Source of the DNA: Balanoglossus misakiensis
Taxonomy: Eukaryota; Animalia; Hemichordata
Assembly: GCA_040954595.2 (NCBI GenBank)
Contig: CM082590.2
Coordinates: forward strand, 4,402,001 to 4,466,000
Length of the DNA: 64,000 nt
Direction: 5' to 3'
The notes beneath the pieces were generated by a model, which made no database searches, was not told the origin of the DNA, and saw nothing but the letters and a program-made list of their open reading frames with translations. The stretch's first letter is position 1, and the number at the start of each line of letters is the position of its first letter. Shown piece by piece: positions 35,785 through 47,700 of this stretch. The translations under genes were made by a program, and so were the position numbers.

Positions 35785-37495
35785 ATGTTACAGAGACATT
35801 ATAAATAAATAAGTACATTGAAAATGATCTGTTGAAAAGTATTCATATTACATTACAACATTACAAATATTAAATAAGTGACTTAATAATAATGCTTTTC
35901 AAAAAAATATGTTACAGAGACCTTATAAATAAATAAGTACATTGAAAATTATCTGTTGAAAAGTATACGTATTACATTACAACATTACAAATATTAAATA
36001 AGTGACTTAATAATAATGCTTTTCAAAAAAATATGTTACAGAGACATTATAAATAAATAAGGACATTGAAAATAATCTGTTGAAAAGTATACGTATTACA
36101 TTACAACATTACAAATATTAAATAAGTGACTTAATAATAATGCTTTTCAAAAAAATATGTTACAGAGACCTTATAAATAAATAAGTACATTGAAAATGAT
36201 CTGTTGAAAAGTATTCATATTACATTACAACATTACAAATATTAAATAAGTGACTTAATAATAATGCTTTTCAAAAAAATATGTTACAGAGACATTATAA
36301 ATAAATAAGTACATTGAAAATAATCTGTTGAAAAGTATACGTATTACATTACAACATTACAAATATTAAAAAAGTGACTTAATAATAATGCTTTTCAAAA
36401 AAATATGTTACAGAGACCTTATAAATAAATAAGTACATTGAAAATGATCTGTTGAAAAGTATACGTATTACATTACAACATAAAACAAATATTAAATAAG
36501 TGACTTAAAAAAATGTTTTTCAAAAAGATATGTTACAGAGACATTATAAATAAATAAGTACATTGAAAATAATCTGTTGAAAAGTATTCATATTACATTA
36601 CAACATTACAAATATTAAATAAGTGACTTAATAATAATGCTTTTCAAAAAAATATGTTACAGAGACCTTATAAATAAATAAGTACATTGAAAATTATCTG
36701 TTGAAAAGTATACGTATTACATTACAACATTACAAATATTAAATAAGTGACTTAATAATAATGCTTTTCAAAAAAATATGTTACAGAGACATTATAAATA
36801 AATAAGGACATTGAAAATAATCTGTTGAAAAGTATACGTATTACATTACAACATTACAAATATTAAATAAGTGACTTAATAATAATGCTTTTCAAAAAAA
36901 TATGTTACAGAGACCTTATAAATAAATAAGTACATTGAAAATGATCTGTTGAAAAGTATTCATATTACATTACAACATTACAAATATTAAATAAGTGACT
37001 TAATAATAATGCTTTTCAAAAAAATATGTTACAGAGACATTATAAATAAATAAGTACATTGAAAATAATCTGTTGAAAAGTATACGTATTACATTACAAC
37101 ATTACAAATATTAAATAAGTGACTTAATAATAATGCTTTTCAAAAAAATATGTTACAGAGACCTTATAAATAAATAAGTACATTGAAAATGATCTGTTGA
37201 AAAGTATACGTATTACATTACAACATAAAACAAATATTAAATAAGTGACTTAAAAAAATGTTTTTCAAAAAGATATGTTACAGAGACATTATAAATAAAT
37301 AAGTACATTGAAAATAATCTGTTGAAAAGTATACGTATTACATTACAACATTACACATATTAAATAAGTGACTTAAAAAAATGTTTTTCAAAATAATATG
37401 TTACAGAGACATTATAAATAAATAAGTACATTGAAAATGATCTGTCGAAAAATATAAATTCTACAATACAACATATTACAAATATTAAATAAGTT
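35785..37495. repeat. AT-rich 124-bp satellite, ~14 units
   Basis: atgttacagagac starts at 35785, 35909, 36033, 36157, 36281, 36405, 36530, 36654, 36778, 36902, 37026, 37150, 37275, 37398. Confidence 0.97.
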
Positions 37496-37599
37496 CAAAA
37501 CAATATATAACAAAGACATTTAATATGTAAGAATACGTGTGTGTATATGTGTGTTTGTTAGTTTGTCTTTGAAGTTGCTTTTTCTCTCTTATCCACCCT

Positions 37600-40100
37600 A
37601 TTAATTCTGTCCTTTCTTATTCTTAATTGACAAACGGACACAGTTTCAAATTTGTTTGGTTGAGAATTCCGCCATTTCATCAGCCAAAGTTGGGTTGTCT
37701 TCTTGTACTTTTCAACATCTTTGCTGCTAACTTTACCAACTGCTATCTCTTCTGCAAACATTTCTTCAATGGCTTGCTAAAAGTGTGACGGCCGTGATTA
37801 ATACTTTGGCCTGAAGTTTGACTTATATTGTCCCCCCCCCCCTGTACCAGGGCTGCCAGTCATCTCCACACCACCCTCATCTGTATTGTCAACAAAAGGC
37901 CAGTTTTGAAAACAACTGATTTGGGCGGTGGTCAATGCTGGGTGGTGCTATGCTTCCCACTGAACTCTCATCATTTTCATATTGCTCAGTTGCACCCACT
38001 TTCATTTTTTCTCTTCCATTTTTTTATTCGCATCTATCTTGGGACACAATTAACGCGTTGAATAGGTAACACTCGCAGATTCCTGCACACCTATTGTCAT
38101 GGCATAAAAAGATGCCTGTGTGCGGGAACTATGTGCCATGTGTGACGCGAGGGGGCACTGCAAGATCAGGATCGTTCAGCAAAACGTATGTAACGGTGGA
38201 TTTGCGTAAAATTGTTGTGGTCAGTTCTTTTGAACTGACATCCACGAATCGTCAGGCAGCTCTCAGCGCCTTCGCGAACAAACTCGTGTTAAAATCCCCG
38301 CCATGATACATCCCGAACAACCTGGTAGAGTTATCATTCCCCCACCCCTCACAAAAGGGTAATGCGTGTTCAATATACATCATAGCCTGTTTATACAGTG
38401 TAGACGAGAAAACAATTCTCGTGGGCTGTGATGTTACTGAAGTTTTATGTGCCGAATTGACACAACCAACCCCTTGTCAGTCTCATTGGCTGCTCTAACA
38501 TCCCCAACTGTTATGTTTTTATAGGCACAATTTCTTTGCGCATTGTCTAGGACTAGTTGCACCATAATGTGGCCTGACATTAAGTACAAATCTTCTCGTG
38601 AAACCCCTTGTCAGTCTCTTTAGCTGCTCTAACATCCCCAACTGTGAGGTTTTTATAGGCACAATTTCTTTGTGCATTGTCTAGGACTAGTTGCACCGTA
38701 ATGTGGCCAGACATTACGCACAAATCTTCTCGTGAAACCCCTTGTCAGTCTCTTTAGCTGCTCTAACATCTTCAACAATTATGTTTTTATAGGCACAATT
38801 TCTTTGCGCATTGTCTAGGACTAGTTGCACCATAATGTGGCCTGACATTAAGTACAAATCTTCTCGTGAAACCCCTTGTCAATCTCTTTGGCTGCTCTAA
38901 CATCCCCAACTGTGAGGTTTTTATAGGCACAATTTCTTTGTGCATTGTCTAGGACTAGTTGCAACTAGATTCTCTGTGAGAGAGTCTAAGCTGCACCATA
39001 ATGTGGCCTGACATTAAGCAAAAATCTTCTCGTGAAACGCTTGGTCTGCCCTCCCCCACACAGCTAAACTCCACAAAAGCCCTGTTGGCGTGGATCGCCA
39101 CTTCGCACACCTCATAGGATGAAATCTCCTCAGGAGTCAATATCTTTTCCTGTTCTGCATCATAAAAAACACTTCTTCTTAATGTTACTTCTTTTGTCAG
39201 ACTCTGAGCCCAACGTCTACTATGATCTATTATCTGGCGTGCATTTTTAATAAAACCATTATGTTCTGAATCGAGAAAACGATAAAGTCTCAAAGAAAAA
39301 TATATGACCGAACTGTTGAAACTTCATAAGGCTTGAGCATGGCTTCAAGACATTCCCTGACTTTTCCCTTTTCACTCAAACCTTCCACCCCCCCACCCTT
39401 CCCAAACAGACTCAACCAGTTTTTCAGCCTGAGCTGGATGCTGGATGGCTGCTTTCCCAAAATTTCTCCCCCCACCCATTCCCTGTATCCACTTTTTAAA
39501 ATCAGTTATAAGAATATTTTCTGTGCTTTCCATCACCCCCTACCCTCTTTCTCTCTTATTTCTGCCTCCAATTCTCCGTCTGTTTCAATAACCCCCACCC
39601 CTATCTCGCCTTCTGAATCACTTCTATTTTCTGATTCGAAATCTCTTTCTCTTTCACTAACCCTCTCCCCCATATCACCATCACTTTTATTATTTCTGAC
39701 TTCTAAAGATCTCTTCCCCCCTTCCCTACTACTTTATTTTGCGATCTTCCTGCCCTACATTGCCCTTTTTCCTGTGCTGTGTAATGTATTCCCTTTTGAG
39801 TCGCAATGCAACTCCAGAAGTTTGGGCCAGTAGTATTTTGTATTTGGCGTGTCTGTTGTGAACGTTATGCAGGTGATGGTCCATTCTTTTTTTTACTTTT
39901 TTATTACACTTGTCGAATGGACATGTTTTATACAGTCGCCCGCTCCCGTGTTCTTTAGACAGCTGTTTGCGCTGAATTTTGCATTTTGTTTCAGCATCAC
40001 CATACTTATGCCATTGAATGAAGTGGCGTTTGAGATTGAAAATTTGCCACTTACATTCGGGGCATGTCATCTTTGTACGCTTGTTTTGTTGATGACCCAT
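37600..40100 (-). pseudogene. second zinc-finger + tyrosine recombinase, heavily disrupted
   Basis: CPEC..LKRHFIQWH and CPFDKC..MDHHLHNVH; FKKWIQGMGGG..AIQHPAQ; STVRSYIF; LDNAQRNCAYKNITVGDV; AHKT; TTILRKSTVT; LASHMAHSSRTQASFY (vs LASHMSHRETTQASYY in A); 3' end approximate. Confidence 0.85.
38470..39038. repeat. 134-bp tandem repeat x~4 inside the YR coding sequence
   Basis: ccccttgtca.tctc starts at 38470, 38604, 38738, 38872. Confidence 0.95.
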
Positions 40101-41789
40101 ACGCGTACCAGATACACCAAACTGTTTGTTAAAGTGTGAACTTCATTGCTGCATAAATAAAGAAACCAGAGTGGTACAAACAATGTCCATTTTGGGTGAT
40201 AATATATGCTGTTAAAGGGGTCAAACACCATTGTCTACTTTGTTGATTGACAGCGCCTTTCTTGGAACAATGCGGTTTCCTTATTCCTAACACTATCAAT
40301 TTGATTCTTCAATCTGTTCTGTAGTTTTTCATGCCCTTTTCATAACAGAAAAAGGTTTTTAAATTTGACAATGCTAAGAATTTAAAGCAACTTTGCAAAC
40401 ATATGGCAATATAACAAAAATGTCATTGTGAGATATATGAATTGGCAAAACAAGAAAAGTGGGGTGGGGGTGGGCATGGGAGGGGGTGTCCCTCTCCCAC
40501 ATAAGAAAATGTTGTAAAATATGTAGTGCAAAGTTGCATTTTAATGAACTCAAAAGCAAATTAACTCAATGTTAGGGAGGACAAATTTTAATTTTGCCAC
40601 TCCACTCAAAGTAAGCATCGGGTTGGGGTGGCAAGAAGTCTGCCCTGGTACACTAGACAAACCTGCGAAAAAATGAAATGTGGCGGAGAATGAAGGGGGT
40701 GGCTGTGGGAGGGGGCACCCCCTCCCACATTAGAAAATTTTGTAAAATAAAGGGCGCGAAAATGCAATTTTATGGACTTAAAAGCAAAAGTTCGGTGGCA
40801 AAAGTATGTGACCCCCCCTAAACTTTAAAAAACCCAGATGACCCCCCTTTTGGACTTCAAAATTTAAGTGACCCCCCTGGATTTTGCCGCCCCCCCCCCC
40901 CGGCCGTAAAAACTGAATGGTCCCCTAGATCGGAGATACCCTTCAGACCAATGGTCACAAACCACGGCCTCTTTACGGCAACAGTTGAAGCCAGAAGAGG
41001 ATTCGCGTTCCAAGTTAAACTCACTCACAGCCCCTCTCGCCGCCCACGCAGACCTATACATGTCATCTATATCACTCGACCAACACCGGTGTTATCTTCA
41101 TGTATCGAGTGCCTTACCTTTGCTAAACTGTTGAGGGCGCGTCAATGTGCAACATGTAAAGATCCTAGTCTCGGTTACCCAGACTCCTCTGCTTCATCTG
41201 CTGCTCTCCAGAAAAGAGTCTGGGGAAATGCTATAGAACGATTTGTAAAACAAAATGGCCGCTGTCAGGCTTTCCATCAGCCGCTGATTGGCTGATTTGT
41301 CAGTATGACCTGGGTCACTGCAACTCGACTATACTAAAATGGCGATGTAACATGTAGTAAGTGACTCTTGGCAATGTGTGAGTTGTTGTCTTGTCACATC
41401 AAGAGACTGGTACTTGTTGGTTGTTGTGAACATTTTAGTTGAGTTACAGGTTTTAAGCCGATTTTTTTGTAAACATTTTCTTGTAAATTTTCCATGCACT
41501 AAATTTTTCTTGCACGACTAGGATTCACTTTTTTTCAGAAAATATGGCCCATTAACTGATTATTTGACATTCACAGTTTGACTCTTCCATTTTAATGATG
41601 TGATTTTGAGGTTTAAGTATAATAATAATATTTATTTCGCCAGAAAAACATAATGGACTGATCAGTTTCTTCAGCCTGGGGTGGATTCTATTTTGTTGAT
41701 ATCATAAAGTGACTAACCACCCCCTCATTGAATATTGAAAAGTGGGTGAGCACCTGTGACCGCCATCACCTGATTCCAAAACAGGATGA

Positions 41790-44700
41790 CCAGTATTCAT
41801 AAAATTTTCAGCCAATATTGATTTTATTGCTGTTATCAACGCTCTCTCAGTGGTACAAAGTAAAGGAGTATGTATGATATTTGTGACAACACATGACCAC
41901 TATAAAATGAATTCATAAATTTGACCTTCCAGCTAGGTTGTTTGGGACTGTATGTACATGAAGAATTGTTGTTGTGGATATTCCGATCCGTGGAATCCGT
42001 TTTGAAATTAATTGTAATACAAACAACCTATTCAGCTTGTAATAAGATTAAATTTAATTTGGGTCTTAAAGATTAAATACATATATATTGTTTATTGTTT
42101 TGGATTTATGGCATACCGAAACCACTCAACACATTTTATAGCACAGGATGTTTTAGGTGGTAGAGAAATACTCTGCCATTCAAACACACAATAAATCAAG
42201 CAGGACAGAAACACTTCTCAACCAGATCGCGATAAAGTCAGGATTATCATGAGCTAGAATTCATAAAGCTGTTTTGCATTCAACATATTGACGTAAATTA
42301 TACCCCCACCCCCTTGTACAGTTTCTGCGTTGCCAGAAGAGACCATGTTTTATTTCTCATATTTAGAATTAATCAATCATTCATCGGCCAGTTACAGAGT
42401 TGATGAAACGGAGCCAATCAGAATTTACGTCTCACAAATGTGTTCACATATAAATTAAACCGTTACTTGTCCAGTACTATTCTATTTTGACTGCAGATCG
42501 CTGTCTTATGTGAATGTTGCATGATTGATTTGGGGTTTTGTGCTACTACCGCATTGATAACAGCGTCACTATCCATGGTTTATTGCTGTCCATCACTGCC
42601 TTGCACAAATGGATTTCAACTGAAACCACTCGACGTCATTTATTGCAACTAGTGTTTACCTTTACACACACAAAATACCCATGCTGTAAACTATCAGCAT
42701 AAAGTTTGTCTAAATTTACAGTCAGTCAGGAATTATCGTGAGCTACAGGTCATACAGCTGTTTGGCAAAATATTGTCGCAACAATGGCCCCTTTAGAGCA
42801 CTACATCTTCGTTTTAAAATCTCGAATAAATTCAAGAATCCTTGTTGCAACTCCCACAAACAAACTAATAATTGTAACATTAGCTGACTTTAATCTTGAA
42901 CTGAATACATTCAACATAGAATTCTGAATGACACGCCGTCAACGCCACTGGACACCGACCTGCATACACGGTCAGAAAACTAGCTGAATGACAGAGCAAA
43001 CAACTTTGATAACAACGCCGCTTTGCAAGGTTTATTGCTGTCCACGCCTGCCTCGCACAAATGGAATTCAACCGAAACCACTCGACAACATTTATTGCAA
43101 CTAGTGTTTACCTTTACAAACACAAAATACCCCAGCTGTAAACTATAAGCATAAAAAGTTTAAGTCTAAAAATGTTCTTCTCTATAAAAAACAAGTATGA
43201 ATTTTATCAGCTCTCTTGTAATGCATATTGTTGATTATTTTGTACCTATATATGTTGGAATGTATTAGCATAGCGGGGGGGGGTCATTCCTGGACTTTGG
43301 AGATATTACAAAAATGGGGAAGATAAATTCAGCACAAATGGGGGGGGGGTGATGAGGCTCTCAAATCTAGAATTTGTGAGGTTAGACATGTTCGAAGAAA
43401 GGAAATTGACACAAGACCACAATACACGCACTGATAAAAACAGCGGTATAAGACCTAACATTGACCAGTTGTCAAAAAAATGTCGGTCAATTGTATTGCT
43501 CTTATCAATAGAGAATGGCCTTCTTACATGTTGGAGTCAGTGAGACTCCATGTGTACCAGTGTCCAGTGTGTAATTGTTATCAGCACTGCTCAACTGCAT
43601 TCATACTTTTAGAATTAAAACTTTAACTTTGACTATGGTTCCTATTAGCCAACATCGAATGAATTGTTGTTCATATCAGCGCGTTCACACTCTTTCATGT
43701 ACTATGTAAAGAAGTGTAAATGACATCCCTGTCCACACAAGACCACTATAAAAGTCATAAGTTTGGCCTTCCATTCATGAGGATTATGTGACTTGTTTTA
43801 GGTATTGTTGTTTTCGATATTCTGGTGGTTTAGTTTGAAGTTTATTGGTATGCTGTCTGTTCAGTTTGGTATGTACAGGTACGTATCAGAAGCAATTTAC
43901 TTTGGGTCGTAAAGATTAAATACTGTTTGTTCTATTGGCTTTACGCGTATAGACTTTGACGGAAACCACTCCACACACTTAATATATAGCACAGGGTGTT
44001 TGTTTAGTCGGCAGAAAAACACTCCACCACAATCAAGTAGCTACAAACATTGTTTTCAGCAAGATCGCGATAATCTCAGGTGAGCCACAGGTCATACAGC
44101 TGTTTGACAAAATATTGTCGCAACCATGGCCCCTTCAGAGCAACAGTTTCTGAGTTGCCAAACGAGGCCGTCGTTTATTTCGCATGTTTTTAAAGTCTAG
44201 GGCCGGTCAAAATGGTCATATTTATTTAAACAGGAATAAACGATGTCATGTCCACGAATACTCTTTTTTCCTCAAAGAGGGCAAATCAAAATCCAAAAAC
44301 ATTGGGCCGTGTGTAAATGCACATTATCGTAAAGGGGCATGCATGCGATAACAGAAAAAACATGGAGACTAAAGTTATAAACTAAAAAACTAATAAACTA
44401 AAAAACAACAACATCAATCTAGAATTTGTGAGCTGAGACATGTTTAAAGAAGGGCAATTGACACGTCACCCACAACAAACGCACTGATAAGAACAACAGT
44501 ATATTCAACTGAAACCACTCGACGTCATTTATTGCAACCAGTGTTGGATTATGCACACACAATAGAACCGCGGCTGTCCAGATAAAAATAAATATATACA
44601 GTTTTGTAAGTCTGATTTCCCCTCTCTATAACATAAAAGTATGAGTTTGTATTCCCATCAATTATCTGGCAATGTTAATTGTTAATTCGTGTAGAAATAT

Positions 44701-47700
44701 ATCTTCTGGACTATATTATCGTAAACGGGCATGCATGCGATAACAGAAAAAACCATGGATACTAAAGTTATTTACTAAAAAACTACTAAACTGAAAAAAA
44801 TCAACATCTGGAATTTGTGAGCTGAGACGTGTTTAAAGAAGGGCAATTGACACGTCGCCCACAACACACGCACCGATAAGAAAAACAGTATAAGACCCAC
44901 GTTGATAAAAGTTTAGACGGTTCAGCGTAAGTTTGGATTTCTAATCCTGTACTACTGTTGTCCTCCCTCTTGTCGCTACCAAGTCAATCGGATTCAACGC
45001 CCTCCTATGTGCAACGAAGATAACTGTTTTTATTACTCAACTGCTTCCAACAGTATAAGACCCACGTTAGCAAATATTTTTAGGCAAACATTGGCCAGTT
45101 GGCATAAAACTGTCGATCAATTTTATTGCTCTTGTCAACAGAGAATGGCCTTCACCCGCATCTGATTACATGTTGGAGTCGGTGAGACTCCATGTGTACC
45201 AGTGTCTTGTGTGTAATTGCTATCAGCACCGCTCAACTGCATTCAGACTTTTTAAATTAAAACTTCAACTTTGACTATTGTTCCTAATTACCAACATCGA
45301 TTGAAGTGTTGTTCATATCAGTGCATTCACACTCACTCATGTACTAAGTAAAGAAGTGTAAATGACATCCCTGTCCACACAAGAACATAAGTTTGGCCTT
45401 CCATTCATGAGGTTTCTGTGACTATTCTTTAGGTATTGCTGTTCTAGGTATTTTTTTGATAATCCGATGGTTTACTTTGAAGTTTATTGGTATGCTGTCT
45501 GTTCAGCTTGGTATGTACATGTACGTAGCAGAAGCAATTTACTTTGGGTCTTTAAGATTAAATACTGTGTGTTCTATTGGCTTTATGCGTATAGACTTTG
45601 ACGGAAACCACTCAACACACTTAATATATAGCACAGGGTGTTTGTTTAGTCGGCAGAAAAACACTCCACCACAATCAAGTATCTACAAACATTTTTTCAA
45701 CCAGATAGCGATAAAGTCAGGAATTATCATGAACTACAGCTGTTTGGAAAAATATTGTCGCAACCATGGCCCCTTGAGAGCAACAGTTTCTGAGTTGCCA
45801 AAAGAGGTCGTGGTTTATTTCGCATGTTTCGAATTATACTAGTTTAGTATCTAGCCGTATTTTGTCCGCTTTGCTTTCAAAATTATGTCTAGAGTCATGC
45901 ATGCTACTACATGCCACTGGCCCAATAAAACCTGGGAATTGTGATGTAACTAGCGTCCCTCTGAAGTCAATCCCAGACTGTTTTTCCTAGGATTGGACAA
46001 ATGATATACATGTGTGTAATTAAGGATGGATAATTTTTTTTATTTCAAATTAGCCCCACCTTCACTATAATCTAACGCCCAATCACCAGTGTTCAGGATA
46101 TGTGATTGACTACAAGGAGGTGCTAGTTACATCACAACTCCTGGACTATTCCAGCGCTGGCGAAATGGAACCAATCAGAACGTGCGTCTCATAAGTGTAT
46201 CGAAATGCAAATTTTAACCGTTACTTCGCCTTGCCGATTGGTATTATTTTTTTTCTACTGCAGATCGCTGTCCTGCATGAGTGTTGCGTGATTGATGGTG
46301 ATTGGCTGCTCTGTTTCGGCCTTGGTGTAAATAACAGTCGAGGAGTGACCGTGTGTAAATGCATGTGCCCGTGTCCGCTTATTATCCGGAGACTTCAGTG
46401 GAGTCGCTCAGGTCTGACTGTCAAAAGGACACCGCTCGAAAAAGTATGCAGTAAATCATGACATATTGGGTAGAATATTGTATTTCAAGGGGTATATATT
46501 TTTAGAAAATTGGGCCAGGACAGGCCTAAATTGCAGGCCCAGTCAGACGAAATTGTTTCTACAGCACATTATATAGCTATGTCAGCCCAGCTGTCACATA
46601 TATTGTGAAAGGCTGGCGCCAAACCTGCGTCACCTTGAAGGAACTCATGTCGGGTCAGAGGTCATCATTCATTTATATTGCATGACTCCGGTCTGCCATG
46701 TTTATAGACACACTGTCAGAATGACTACAAAGTAACACAGGCATGTATTTCACCAGGTGTTTTATCTCAAGCTAGGACCAGCTGCTCATAAAAAGTTAGT
46801 TTACAACAAATCAGCGAAAGAGGTACTACGTGTAACCAGAAAAATTATAAATAAAATGTCGTGATGAGAGACCGGGACTTCTCTGTTTTTTGTCACACGT
46901 TGGATAACCGCGCGTGTATTGAAAAAAAATTAACTTAAACATTAACTAGGTCGTGAGACGGATAAACGCCAACTTGAAGTAGGTTAATTCAAGTTTACAT
47001 ATAATATCCATAAATTATAAGACCCACATTGACAAGCAGTTTTAGACAGGTCAATCCTATTTTTGATTTCCATCCCTGTACTACTGTTGTCCTCCCTCTT
47101 GTCGCTAACGAGTCAATCGGATTCAACGCCCTAACACGTGTAATGTAGATAAGCAATTGCTTGCAGTTATTATTGTCGTAGAGAATGGCCTTCATCAACA
47201 CCTCCATCTGATTATATTTGGAGTCAGTGAGATTGCATGTGTACCAGTGTTAATTGTGTCATCTTTATCAGCACCGTTCATTCGCATTAATCCTTTTCGA
47301 CTAGGATTTATTAAAACCGAGACCAGTATTCATAAAATTGTCAGCCAATATTGATTTTATTGATGTTATCAGCGCTCTCTCAGTGGTACGAAGTAAAGGA
47401 GTATGGGGGATGTTTGTGACCTGGCCACTATAAAATGTATTCATAAATTAGACCTTTCAGCTATGATGTTTGGGACTATATGTACATCGAGAATTGTTGT
47501 TTTGGATATTCCGATCCGTGGAATCCGTTTTGAAATTAATTGTCATACAAACAATCTATTCAGCTTGTAATCAGATTAAATTTAATTTGGGCCTTAAAGA
47601 TTAAATACATATATACTGTTTATTGATTTGGCTTTATGGCATACCGAAACCACTCAACACATTTTATAGCACAGAATGTTTTAGTTGGTAGAGAAATACT

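Larger units (their letters stand above)
24629..40443 (-). mobile_element. element B copy 2: YR element with nested Gypsy and satellite; far end not found
   Basis: starts TTAGAGTCAAAGTGGTCCTCCATGTAACC after CCCTAA; co-linear with B copy 1; shares internal modules with element A; second ZnF-YR pseudogene at 37600-40100; linkage of the YR to this left end is inferred from shared modules. Confidence 0.6.

Noticed and set aside
39333-39833. 166-aa Ser/Pro/Leu-rich ORF
   Set aside because: Antisense shadow of the purine-rich linker of the minus-strand YR pseudogene
40800-40930. TGGTCCCCTA as possible right end of element B
   Set aside because: Does not match the expected ...GGACCACTTGGACCCTAA, no CCCTAA array follows, and it looks like the end of an unrelated C-rich MITE
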